Assembly (NCBI GenBank): GCA_047602405.1
Contig: JASGHJ010000002.1
Location: 1,824,001 to 1,888,000 of the forward strand
Length of the DNA: 64,000 nt
Origin: Anaeromyxobacteraceae bacterium
Lineage (GTDB): Bacteria; Myxococcota; Myxococcia; Myxococcales; Anaeromyxobacteraceae
Direction: 5' to 3'
Shown here: piece after piece, positions 21,848 to 31,969 of the stretch
How positions within the stretch are numbered: position 1 is the stretch's first letter
How the letters are laid out: each line of letters begins with the position of its first letter
Translations under genes and position numbers: made by a program
The notes under the pieces: generated by a model
What the model was told of the DNA's origin: nothing
What the model saw: only the letters and a program-made list of their open reading frames with translations
Database searches by the model: none

Positions 21848-24682
21848 CTGCGCACCCCGCGCGACCCGCTCGCGGGCAGGCGCAGCCCGGCGCCGCCGGT
21901 GGAGAACTTGTGGCACTCGTAGCACTTGCGCTCCGTGCACGAGAAGCCGGCCACCTGCTCGTGCTCGGCGCAGGAGTGGCACGACTGGCACTTCGTCGTG
22001 TCGGTGAGGCAGGTGAGCGGCTTCGTGACGTCGACGCCCGGTGGGACGGACGCGTGGCAGTCGCGGCACCTCACGCCCGCGTGGCGGCCGCGCGAGAATC
22101 TCGAAGCAGGCGTCGTGGCCCGCGAGGCCCGAGGGCGAGAAGCCCCACGTCGAGTGGCACCGCTGGCAGGCGGTCGGGAACCCCGCGACCGCGTGGTCGA
22201 CGAGCGCCCCGCCGGCCTTCGCCCGGTCGAACTCGGCCTGGTGACACCCGAGGCACTCCCGCGTCGCGCGGGTGAACCCGAGGTCGCGGCGGTTCGCGTG
22301 GCACTGGTCGCACGCGGTGAAGGCGTGCTTGCCGGTGAGCGGGAAGTCGCTGCGCCGGTGCGCGTCGGCGTCGAAGCGGGTCGCGCGCCAGGAGGTGGCG
22401 TCGTGGCAGCGCTCGCAGCGCCCGCCGAGGCGGCCGGCGTGGACGTCGGCGTGGCAGGCCGCGCAGGCGCGCGGCACCGGCGCCTTGAAGGTGCGGTCCA
22501 CGTGGCAGCCGCCGCAGGCCGCGCGCTGGTGCGCGCCCTCGAGCGGGAAGCCGGTGCGGGCGTGGTCGAAGCCCTGGGCCTGCCAGCTCGCGGTCGAGTG
22601 GCAGGAGGCGCAGACGGTCTCGGTGGAGGCCGGCGCGGCGTCGGCCCGGGCGGTGCGGACCGACAGGTCGGGCGCGGGCGACGGGCGCGCGCCCCTCGCT
22701 GCCTGGGCGGAGCCCGCCGGCGCGGGCGCGGCCGCGCCGGGCGCCTGCATCGACGCGGGGAGCGAGAAGCCGCGGAACGCCCCCTTGTGGAAGTCGTCGT
22801 GGCAGGCCTGACAGGCGACCGGCACGGGCTTGTACCGGCGCGTCTCGACGCCGGCGACCTTCACGAGCCCGTGGCACCTCGCGCACTCGACCTTCTCGTG
22901 CTTGCCGTCGAGCACGAAGCGCGAGAACTGGGCCGTGTGCCGGAACTTGAGGTTCGGGTCCTTCCAGCCCGCCGAGACGTGGCAGCGGGCGCAGTCGGTC
23001 TGGCCCTTCACCGCGAGCTGACCCTGGTGGATGTCCGGGTGGCAGCCCGCGCAGGTGATCGGGAGCGGCTTGTACTTGATGGCGCCGTCCGGCCCGGTCT
23101 TGTGGCAGGAGCCGCAGGCCGCGTTCGTGTGCTTGCCGTCGAGCGGGAAGCGCGACTCCTTGTTGTGGTCGAACCGCACCTTCTTGAAGGACTCGAGCAC
23201 GTGGCAGGCCGCGCAGCCGGTGCCCGCGCCGGCGGTCGACGCCGCCGCGGTGAGCCGGGCGTCGAACTGGCCGCCGTGCGGATCGCGGTGGCAGGTGCGG
23301 CAGTCGCCCGCCCTCGGGATCGCGAGGAGCGCCTGGCTCACCTTCAGCGGGCGCTTGCGCCGCGCGAGCTCCTTCTTGATCGCCTCGGGGACCTTGCGCT
23401 CGAGGCGCGGGTCCTTCGGGTGGCAGAGCGCGCACGCCACGGCCTTGTGCGCGCCCTCGAGGCGGTACTCGAGCTTCGCGTGATCGGCGACGTCGAACTT
23501 CACCGGGAGGAAGCCGTTCACCGTGTGGCAGGCCTCGCAGTCCGGGCCGGCGGCCGGCGGGGCCGCGGCGATCACCGGCTGGACCTTGCCCTTCTTGCCC
23601 TTCCGGCCGCCCTCCAGCGACGCGTTCGCCGGCAGCGGCCCCGCGATGGCGAGCCGCGCGAGCTGGCCCTCGTGCGCGTCGAAGTGGCAGTCCGAGCACC
23701 TCCCGAACGCCATGTTCTTGAAGACGGCCTTCTGGCCCGCGAACGGCCCGTGGCACGCCGTGCACTTCACCTCGACGTGCTCGCCGCGCAGCGGGTAGCG
23801 GGTCTTGTCGTGGAACGCGCGCTCGGCGGCGGCGCCGGAGAGCTTCTTCCAGTCGGCCACCGTGTGGCAGCCCGCGCAGCGCTCGCCGAAGCGGCCGACG
23901 TGCGGGTCCTTGTGGCAGTCGGTGCAGTTGCCGAACTGGAGCCCGGTGTACTTCACGAACGCGGCCGCGTTCGCGAAGGCGACCTGGCCCGGCGCCGGCT
24001 TGCGCTGCTCGGGGTCCTGCTCCGGCTTGTGGCACTTCGCGCACTCGACGCGGGCGTGCTTGCCCTCGAGCGGGTACTTCGCCTTCGCGTGGACGAAGCC
24101 CCTCGCGGGCTTCCAGGCGTCCTCGCCGTGGCAGCGCTGGCAGTCGTTGCCGAGCTGGCCGCGGTGCTCGTCGGCGTGGCAGGCCGCGCAGGCGGCGGGC
24201 GCGCCGAGCCAGCTCTTCTTGCCGGGGTGCTTCTCGAGGAGCGCGAGCACGCCTGCGTCGGCGACGAGCCGGTGGTCGTGGCACTTCTCGCAGTCGGCCC
24301 GCCGGTGCCTCCCGCGCAGCTCGTAGCCGGTCCGGGCGTGGTCGAACCCCTTCCGGCCCTCCTTGCCCCAGTCGACGAGGGCGAAGTCGCGGCCCTGGTG
24401 CTCGTGGTGGCACTTCTCGCAGGCCTCGCCCGGCGGGAGCTTGCCGTGGAGCCCCTTGCCCCGGCCCATGAGCGCCTTCACCTCGCCGTGGCAGGCGAGG
24501 CACGCCTCCGGCGTGAGCTGCTTCCCGGCGGTGTGGCACTTCGTGCAGTTCTGGAGCCCCTCGTAGGCGGCGTGGGCCTTCGCGAGCTCGCCGGGCGAGA
24601 ACAGGTCGGCGCGCGCGGCGGCGGGAGCGGCGAGCGCGAGGGCGGCGGCGAGCGCCGCGGCGGATCGGCGGAGGAGGTTCAT
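21844..24682 (-). CDS. Giant multiheme cytochrome c (~945 aa, 30 CxxCH); probable frameshift at 22096-22100
   Basis: Sec signal MNLLRRSAAALAAALALAAPAAARA; 27 CxxCH before and 3 after the one-base insertion; repeating FDH..T.FPL.G.H units. Confidence 0.9.
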
Positions 24683-26910
24683 CGGTGGAGGAGCCCGTAG
24701 CCGAGGTAGAGCGACAGCCCGATGTGGGCGGCGATGACGAGGACGAGCAGCACGGCGAGCGTGGCGTGGAAGGCCCGCCAGGTGCGCAGGAGCCGCTTGA
24801 GGCTCCCGTAGAAGCGGATCTGCCAGCGCAGGGTCTCGAGCTTCAGGATCGCGAGCTTGAACGACTTGAACGCGAGCTTGTCGTCGAACCTGAACCGCAG
24901 GAAGAACAGGCGGACGCGCAGCCAGAGCGCCCCCGCCGGCAGCTCCAGGAAGAGGACCGCGAGGAAGCGGGTCTTCACCGGCGCCGTCGCCTTCGCGATG
25001 AGCGCGTGCGCCGACCCCGAGGCGCGCTCGGGGATGTCGGTGAACGAGCCGCGCAGGCGCTCGAAGTGCCCGAGCAGCTCGGAGAGCTCGAGCGACTTGC
25101 CGCCGTCGCCCGGCACGATGCCGTAGATGAACCGCCCGATGATGCCGGTCGTCACCACGACGACGAGCGAGCTCGCGGTGCCCGTGGCGAGCAGGTTGTT
25201 GGACTGGAAGGCCGCGTGGTACGCGATGACGAGCGGGCTCATGAACCCCACGAAGACGTGGAAGTCGAGCCAGCTCCCGATCTTCCCGAGCGCCGAGAGC
25301 GACTTCCAGCGCTTGCGGGCCGCGTAGAGGAAGTTCGAGAGCATGAACGCGGTCGCGGCGATGCCGACCGAGTGGCCCCACGTGCCGGCGGACTTGAGCG
25401 ACGGGTGCTCCGGGGAGGCCAGGCGGCCCGCGCGATCGAGGGGGTAGTAGTCGCGCCCCACCCACGCCAGCCCGGCGAGGATCGCGGCGCCCACCGCGAC
25501 GTAGGCGACGCGGGCCGCGACGCGCCCCTTCGACGTCTTCGGCCGGGCGAGCGCGCGGGGCAGGAGCCCGTTGCCGCCGATGACCACGTTGGGGCCGGTG
25601 TCGCCGAGCCCCTCGCCGTGGAACCGGCGCATCGTGATGCCCACCTTCGCGAGGAACTCGGTGGGCAGCTCGCCGCCGATGTTCACGATGACGAAGGTGT
25701 TCGGGAGGGTGACCGGGGTCCCGTCCCTGTCGAGGTCGACGGACTTCTCGCCGATCCGCGTCACCACGGACGGGAGCAACGCCTTGATCTTCCCCGCCGT
25801 CACGAGCTGGCCGAACTTCTTGCGGTTCGCCTCGCGGCAGCGGCCGAGCTCGGCGCCGCGGTACGAGAGCGTCACCTCGGCGGTGGACTCCTCGGCGAGC
25901 TGGATGGCGGCCTCGAGCGCGGCGTCGCCGCCGCCGACCACGAGGACCTTCTCGCCGTCGAACTGGTCGGGGTCCTTGAGGCCGTAGAGCACCTTCTCGG
26001 CCGCCTCGCCCTGCACCCCGAGCTTGCGCGGCGTGCCGCGGCGGCCGATCGCGAGCACGACCTTCGAGGCCTTCAGGGTCCCCTGGCTCGTCTTGACGGT
26101 GAAGTTCCCGTCCTCGCCCTCGATCTCGTTGACCTTGACGCCCTCCTCGACCCGCACGCCGACCTTCGCGAGGACCTTCTGCCAGGTCTCGAGGAGCTCC
26201 TCCTTCGAGATGCGCGCCTTCCCGACCCGGCCCGCGCCGCCCGGCAGCTCGACGGTCTCGGTCATCGTGACCTTGCGGCGCGGGTAGTGCGCGACCGAGC
26301 CGCCGACGGTCAGCTGCTCGAGGATGCGGTGCGGGACGCCCTTCGACTTCAGGCCCACGGCCGTCGCGATGCCGGCGGGGCCGGCGCCGACGATGACGAC
26401 CGGATCCTTCGCCCGGCCCACGAGCTCGGCGATCCGGTCCGCGACCTGGAGCCCCTGGGTGAGCGCGTTCTTGATGAGGCCCATCCCGCCGAGCTCGCCC
26501 ACCACGTGGAGGCCCGGGCGCGAGGACTCGAAGAACTCGTCGACCTCGGGGAGGTCGACGCCGCGCTCCGAGGAGCCGAACACGAGGCGGATGGCGTGGA
26601 CCGGACACTCGACGGCGCACTTGCCGTGGCCGATGCAGTGGTCGCCGTGAACGAGGCGCGCGGCGCCGTCGACGACGCCGAGGATGTCGCCCTCGGGGCA
26701 GGCCTTCAGGCAGGAGAGGCTTCCGATGCAGATGTCGGTGTCGATGACCGGGTGTAGGGACTTCGCGAGGTGCGCACCCCTCGCCTTCTTCTCCTCGAAG
26801 AGCTCCTCGTCGCGGCGCTGGCGCGCGCCGCGACGCGCGACGTGTACGATCCCGGCCACCGCGGTGACGAACGCAAGCGCGGCGACGATCGAAAGACTGA
26901 AAATGTCCAT
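24679..26910 (-). CDS. Membrane-bound ferredoxin / FAD-NAD(P)H oxidoreductase fused to putative di-heme b membrane domain
   Basis: N-terminal TM; CIGSLSCLKACP and CIGHGKCAVECP; GAGPAG and GGGDAA Rossmann motifs; C-terminal TMs with two H-x13-H helices. Confidence 0.85.
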   Translation of the reverse strand: MDIFSLSIVAALAFVTAVAGIVHVARRGARQRRDEELFEEKKARGAHLAKSLHPVIDTDICIGSLSCLKACPEGDILGVVDGAARLVHGDHCIGHGKCAVECPVHAIRLVFGSSERGVDLPEVDEFFESSRPGLHVVGELGGMGLIKNALTQGLQVADRIAELVGRAKDPVVIVGAGPAGIATAVGLKSKGVPHRILEQLTVGGSVAHYPRRKVTMTETVELPGGAGRVGKARISKEELLETWQKVLAKVGVRVEEGVKVNEIEGEDGNFTVKTSQGTLKASKVVLAIGRRGTPRKLGVQGEAAEKVLYGLKDPDQFDGEKVLVVGGGDAALEAAIQLAEESTAEVTLSYRGAELGRCREANRKKFGQLVTAGKIKALLPSVVTRIGEKSVDLDRDGTPVTLPNTFVIVNIGGELPTEFLAKVGITMRRFHGEGLGDTGPNVVIGGNGLLPRALARPKTSKGRVAARVAYVAVGAAILAGLAWVGRDYYPLDRAGRLASPEHPSLKSAGTWGHSVGIAATAFMLSNFLYAARKRWKSLSALGKIGSWLDFHVFVGFMSPLVIAYHAAFQSNNLLATGTASSLVVVVTTGIIGRFIYGIVPGDGGKSLELSELLGHFERLRGSFTDIPERASGSAHALIAKATAPVKTRFLAVLFLELPAGALWLRVRLFFLRFRFDDKLAFKSFKLAILKLETLRWQIRFYGSLKRLLRTWRAFHATLAVLLVLVIAAHIGLSLYLGYGLLHR

Positions 26911-27255
26911 GGCTTCCCGGCCGCTACCTTCGCCCCGGGGTGGATCGATCGCAAGGCCGCAATGCGTTCGAATCCTCACGGGTCGTGCGACCCGGTGCGC
27001 CATCCGCGCACCGGGCAAGATGCGAGATCGAGACATCGTCTCGACCCGCTCATTCACGCAGCGTACAGTCCGTCAGGCGCGAAAACTGGACGGAAGCCCG
27101 GCGTCGCCTAGCATCCGACCCCACGTCGCTGCCGACGCGAGCCGGACCGCCGTCGGCGCACGAAAGCCTGCCCCGCCCGCCCGGAGCACCGGGCCGGCAC
27201 CCCGAGAAGGGGTGCCGGCCCGGGCTCAGGTACGACGGATGACGGATGTGCGTTC

Positions 27256-28857
27256 TCAGCGGGTGAAGACGACCTCACCGCCGACGATCGTCGCGGCCAC
27301 GGGCAACGAGGACAGGTTCCCGACCGGAATCGAGAACACGTCTCCCTCGAACGCCGTGAGATCGGCGTCCAGGCCCTCCCGGATCATCCCGCGCCGACCG
27401 TCCGCGAAGCCCGCGAACGCCGCGCCGGCGGTGAACGCGCGCACCGCCTCCTCGCGCCCGAGCCGCTCGGCCGGGAGGAAGGGCGCCTTCGCGCCCGCGG
27501 GCGTGCGCGTCTCCGCGGCCACCAGCCCGCCCCGCGGGTCGGGCTCCTCGATGGGGAAGTCGGAGCCGAACGCGAGCGGGAGGCCGCGCGAGAGCGCGGT
27601 GCGCCACGCGTAAGCGCCGGCGAGCCGCGCCGAGCCCGCGCCGAGCCTCGCGGGCACCCACGGCGCGTCGCTCGTGCAGTGCGTCGGCTGCATGGAGGCG
27701 ATGACCCCGGCGGCCGCGAGGCCCGGCCAGTCGCCCGCGCTCACGATCTGCAGGTGCTCGATGCGGGGCCGGAGCGCCTTCACCGCCGGGCCCGCCCCCG
27801 CCCCGGTGATCGCGGCGAGGGCCTCCGCGACGCCGCGATCGCCGATGGCGTGGATCGCCGGCTGGAAGCCCGCCGCCACCACCGCCTTCACCTTCGCGCG
27901 CAGCACCTCCGGCGGCGTGACGAGGAGCCCGCGGTTGCCGGGATCGTCGGAGTACGCCTCGCGCAGCGCCGCGCCCCGGCTGCCGAGCGCGCCGTCCGCG
28001 TAGAGCTTCACGGCGCGCACCGTGAGCCGGCCCACCTCCGCGCCCTCCGCCTTCTGGCGCGCGAGCTCCCGCTCGAGCGCGGGCACCGGCACCTCGCCGT
28101 CGATCATCGCGTACACCCGGATCGGCAGCCTCCCCTCCCGCGCGAGCCGGCGGTACGCGTCGAGCGCGGCCGGCCCGACGCCCGCGTCGTGGGCGCCGGT
28201 CAGGCCGAGGCTCGCGAGCTCCCGCAGCCCGGCGAGGAGCCCGGCCTCGAGCTCGGCCGGCGTGGGGGCGGGGATCCGCGTCTCGAGCAGCTTCATGGCC
28301 TCGTCGACGAGCACGCCGGTCGGGTTGCCGTCCTGGTCGCGCAGGAGCTTCCCGCCCTCGGGGTCGGGCGTCCCCTTCCCGATGCCCGCCGCCGCGAGCG
28401 CCGCGCCGTTCGCCCAGGCGGCGTGGCCGTCGATGCGGCGCAGGTAGACCGGGCGATCCGGGATGGCCCTCGAGAGCGCCGCCGCGGTCGGGAACCGGCC
28501 CCCGGCCCACAGGTTCTGGTCCCAGCCGCGCCCGGTCACCCACGTGCCCGGCGGCACCGCCCGCGCGCGCTCGGCGGCCCTCGCCACGCACGCCTCCTCG
28601 GAGGTCGCGCCGTTGCAGGCGACGGACGCGCGGGCCTGCGCGAGCCCGAACACGTGGCCGTGGGCGTCGACGAGCCCCGGCACGACGCTGCCGACCTTCA
28701 GCCGCCGCACGCCGGGCCCCGCCTTCGCGGCGCAGGCCTCCACGGTGCCGGCGCAGGCGATCTTGCCGTCCCGCGCGAGGACGGCCTGGACGACGGGGCG
28801 GGAGGGGTCGAGGGTGTGGATGAGGCCGATGACGAGGAGCTCGGACGCCGTGGGCAT
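27256..28857 (-). CDS. Amidohydrolase family 3 (YtcJ-like)
   Basis: PGLVDAHGH, KLYADGALGSRGA, HAIGD, RIEHLQ, FGSDFP. Confidence 0.9.
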   Translation of the reverse strand: MPTASELLVIGLIHTLDPSRPVVQAVLARDGKIACAGTVEACAAKAGPGVRRLKVGSVVPGLVDAHGHVFGLAQARASVACNGATSEEACVARAAERARAVPPGTWVTGRGWDQNLWAGGRFPTAAALSRAIPDRPVYLRRIDGHAAWANGAALAAAGIGKGTPDPEGGKLLRDQDGNPTGVLVDEAMKLLETRIPAPTPAELEAGLLAGLRELASLGLTGAHDAGVGPAALDAYRRLAREGRLPIRVYAMIDGEVPVPALERELARQKAEGAEVGRLTVRAVKLYADGALGSRGAALREAYSDDPGNRGLLVTPPEVLRAKVKAVVAAGFQPAIHAIGDRGVAEALAAITGAGAGPAVKALRPRIEHLQIVSAGDWPGLAAAGVIASMQPTHCTSDAPWVPARLGAGSARLAGAYAWRTALSRGLPLAFGSDFPIEEPDPRGGLVAAETRTPAGAKAPFLPAERLGREEAVRAFTAGAAFAGFADGRRGMIREGLDADLTAFEGDVFSIPVGNLSSLPVAATIVGGEVVFTR

Positions 28858-30068
28858 CAGCGGGGCATAGCGTCCCCGGGCGATGCTGTCACGGCCTCCC
28901 TCGCGGTCCGGTCCCAGGTCGCGCGCTGCCGCCCCCGCAGGAAGCGCCACAGCCCCACCGCGAGCGCGGCGTGGATCCAGACGAAGTGCCGCGCCTGCCC
29001 CGCGAGGCCCCTCAGCCCGCGCGGGGCCCGGTCGCCGGCGAGCGCGAGCCCGTACCCGGCCGCCTGCGCCACGGCGAGCGTCCACCACGCCGCTCCGCCC
29101 CCGCCCACCACGCGCGCGAGGGTCCCGACGGCGACGGCGGCGAGCAGGAACGGCGACAGCCAGCGGAGCAGCTTGTGAGAGGCGAACGCGAACGCCACGA
29201 AGCCTGCGCCGGGATCGAGCGCCTCCGGATGGCGGACCAGGGCCTGCCAGTCGCCGGCGCCGATGCGGACCCGGCGCAGGAACTCCTGCCCGGTGTCCCC
29301 GGGCGTCTCCTCGCGCGCGACGGCGTCGGGCGCGAACGGCACCTTCCAGCCGCGGAGCGCGACCCGGAGCGGGACGACGAGGTCGTCCACGATGGTGTCG
29401 GGCTCGAGGGGCGTGAAGAGCAGCCGGCGGATCGCGTAGATGCCGCCGTTCGCGCCGACCACGCAGCCGTTCCGGCCCTCGAGGTACTTGAGCAGCGTCT
29501 CGTACTTCCAGTAGAGCCCCTCGCGCTCGACCGCCGAGGCGGGATCGACGAGCGCGAGCCGGCCCACCACCGCGCCGACCGCGGGATCCCGGAACGGCGC
29601 CACGAGGGCCCTCAGCGCGCCCGGGTCGAGCAGCACGTTCGCGTCGGTGAGCACCACGAGCTCGCCCCGCGCGAGGGGCACGAGCCGGGAGAGCGTCGCG
29701 GCCTTGCCGGCCCGCGGCGACTCGAACACGCGCACCCGCGCGTCCCCTGCGGCGCGCGCGCGCTCCGCCGTCCGGTCGGCGCAGCCGTCGCAGCCGACGA
29801 GGAGCTCGAGCCAATCCTGCGGCCAGTCGAGGGCGAGGGTGTTCCGGACCTTCCCGGCGATGCACGCCTCCTCGTCGAGCGCGGAGAGGACGACCGACAC
29901 GTGCGGGAGGGCCCCGGCGGGCGGGGTCCTGCGGCGGTCCTGCCCGCCCGCGAGCCAGCGCGCGGCCTCGACGGCGTCGCGCACACCCACGCCGAGCGCG
30001 AGCAGCACGAGGTAACCGATCCAGGCGTACAGCAGGAGCCCCAGCGAGGCCCAGACGACGAGCGCCAT
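28857..30068 (-). CDS. Glycosyltransferase family 2 with TM helices
   Basis: VLTDAN, GANGGIYAIRR, VDDL, RRVRI; N- and C-terminal TMs. Confidence 0.88.
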   Translation of the reverse strand: MALVVWASLGLLLYAWIGYLVLLALGVGVRDAVEAARWLAGGQDRRRTPPAGALPHVSVVLSALDEEACIAGKVRNTLALDWPQDWLELLVGCDGCADRTAERARAAGDARVRVFESPRAGKAATLSRLVPLARGELVVLTDANVLLDPGALRALVAPFRDPAVGAVVGRLALVDPASAVEREGLYWKYETLLKYLEGRNGCVVGANGGIYAIRRLLFTPLEPDTIVDDLVVPLRVALRGWKVPFAPDAVAREETPGDTGQEFLRRVRIGAGDWQALVRHPEALDPGAGFVAFAFASHKLLRWLSPFLLAAVAVGTLARVVGGGGAAWWTLAVAQAAGYGLALAGDRAPRGLRGLAGQARHFVWIHAALAVGLWRFLRGRQRATWDRTAREAVTASPGDAMPR

Positions 30069-30105
30069 GGCGCCACGCCGAGCAAGGCGCGGGCCAGGGC
30101 TCCGG

Positions 30106-31482
30106 CTACGGCTGAGGCGCGGGCTCGCTCGCGGGGGCTTGCCCCGCCGGGGACGGCTTCGGCACCGGCGAGGGGGCCGGCACGGGCGACGGCACGGCCG
30201 GCGGGCGGTTCTCCTCGAGGATCGGCCGGACGTCGGAGGACGGGGACGTCGTGAGCTCGGGCACCGCCGCGGGGATCGCCTCGACCCGCGCGCGACGGCG
30301 GGGCGGCGGCTCCTGGGCAGGCGCGTTCCCATCCTGGGCGACCGGGTTCACAGCCGGGGCAGGTGGCGGGGGCGGCGCGGTGAGCCGCTGCCTCAGGCGG
30401 CGGGCCCCCTCGTGACGCGCGTTGGCGGACAGCACGGCCTCCGCGGCGGCGAGCGCCTCGGTGGTGCGCCCGAGCGAAGCCTGCCCCCGGGCGAGCAGCC
30501 ACCGCGCGCGGAGCAGCTCCGGGTGGGCGGCGGCCAGGCCGGCGAGGCGCACGACGGCCCGGTCGCGGGCGTCCGCCGCGCCGTCGAGGTCGAGCGACGC
30601 CTCGGCGAGGTCAATCCACGGGTCGGGCTCGCCGCGGGCCCGGGCGGCGCTGGCGAGCGCGGCCACCCGCGGGCGCTCCCGCGCGCTCGCGGCCCCGAGC
30701 GCCTGCGCGCGGACGACGGCGGGCACCTCGGAGTCCCCGGGCGGCAGCGCGGCGAGCGCGGCGCGCGCGGAGGCGAGCAGCGCGGCGGCCTTGCCGAGGC
30801 GCGGGTCCTCGCCCTCGCCCGCCGCGGCATCGTCGGTGGCGTCCTCCCGCCACAGCTCCGCGCGGACGACGCGGGCGAGGGCGGCCGAGGCCACGTTGAC
30901 CGCCCGGCCCGGCTCCCGCCGCGCGGCGTCGTCGAGCTTCGCGATCGCGGCGTCCAGGCTCTGCGCGTCGTCGAGGGCGAGGAGCGCGAGCCCCTCCCCC
31001 CGCGCGCGCTCCGCGTCGGGGTCGGTGCGGTTCGCGAGGAACCACCAGGCGCCGCCGCCGAGGGCGAGCACGCCGGCGACGATCGCGGGGGCGAGCCACT
31101 TCCAGCGGGCGGTCCACTTCAGCCGCGACTCGAACGCGCCGACCTGATCCTTGCGCAGCACCGGGGCACGCACCGGCGCCTGCGAGGGGCCGGGCGTGGG
31201 GCGGTAGACCTGCGGGCTCGCGGACCGCGTGCGGTCGGACGCGGGCGCGCGCAGGCCCGGGGTCGGCCGCGGGGGCGGCTCCGGAGCGGGCTCCGCGGGC
31301 GCGGGGCCCGGGGGCGAGCCCTGCAAGGCCGGCAACCCCACGAGCGTCCGTCCGGCGGCTCGCGGCGGGTACGCCACGAACACGTTCTCACACTTCGTGC
31401 ACTGGACCGGCGCCCCTTCCGGCGCGAGCACGGTCTCGTCGAGCTCGTAGACGGTGGAGCAGCGCTCGCAGCGGATCAGCAA
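30106..31482 (-). CDS. MJ0042-type zinc-ribbon membrane protein with TPR-like extracytoplasmic domain
   Basis: CERCSTVYEL...VQCTKCENVF, Pro-rich linker, one TM, helical repeats. Confidence 0.75.
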   Translation of the reverse strand: MLIRCERCSTVYELDETVLAPEGAPVQCTKCENVFVAYPPRAAGRTLVGLPALQGSPPGPAPAEPAPEPPPRPTPGLRAPASDRTRSASPQVYRPTPGPSQAPVRAPVLRKDQVGAFESRLKWTARWKWLAPAIVAGVLALGGGAWWFLANRTDPDAERARGEGLALLALDDAQSLDAAIAKLDDAARREPGRAVNVASAALARVVRAELWREDATDDAAAGEGEDPRLGKAAALLASARAALAALPPGDSEVPAVVRAQALGAASARERPRVAALASAARARGEPDPWIDLAEASLDLDGAADARDRAVVRLAGLAAAHPELLRARWLLARGQASLGRTTEALAAAEAVLSANARHEGARRLRQRLTAPPPPPAPAVNPVAQDGNAPAQEPPPRRRARVEAIPAAVPELTTSPSSDVRPILEENRPPAVPSPVPAPSPVPKPSPAGQAPASEPAPQP

Positions 31483-31506
31483 CTCGGCCTCCAGGGATGC
31501 GGCAGG

Positions 31507-31929
31507 CTACTCCACTCCGGCCGGGGCCGCCACGGAGCCGATCGCGAGGTGCGGCCGGGCACGCTCGAGCCGGACCCGGCCGATACCGCGCACCCGGAGG
31601 AGCTCCTCGGGCCGCGCGAAGGGGCCGTTCCGCTCCCGGTCCTCGACGATCGCGCGGGCGAGGGCCGGGGAGAGCCCCGGCAGGTCGGCGAGCTCGCGGA
31701 CGCCTGCCCGGTTCGGATCGACCGGGAGCCCGAGCGCGAGGCGCTCGTCCTGGGCGAGGGGCCGGCCTTCCCCGGGGTCCGTCGCACAGCCCAGCCAGCC
31801 GCGCGGCGGACGCCCCCTCCCCTCCGGCGCGGCGCAGGGCGGGCGGGGCTCCGGGCGCTCCAACCAGGCGCGGATCGGCGCCTCCGCGACGGCGGCGGCG
31901 AGCAGGGACGCGAGGGCGAGGCGGCGCAT
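31507..31929 (-). CDS. ComEA-like helix-hairpin-helix protein
   Basis: VDPNRA..EL..LPGL...LARAIV..RERNGPF...EELLRVRGIG. Confidence 0.85.
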   Translation of the reverse strand: MRRLALASLLAAAVAEAPIRAWLERPEPRPPCAAPEGRGRPPRGWLGCATDPGEGRPLAQDERLALGLPVDPNRAGVRELADLPGLSPALARAIVEDRERNGPFARPEELLRVRGIGRVRLERARPHLAIGSVAAPAGVE

Positions 31930-31969
31930 GGCCGGTCGCCTAGCAAGCCCCGTACCCCAGGCCCGGGTT

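Noticed and set aside
21008..26620. Apparent 1870-aa single cytochrome ORF
   Set aside because: Composite of an off-frame read of the oxidoreductase, the large cytochrome and the nine-heme lipoprotein, joined by the frameshift; separate signal peptides and overlapping start/stop codons define distinct genes
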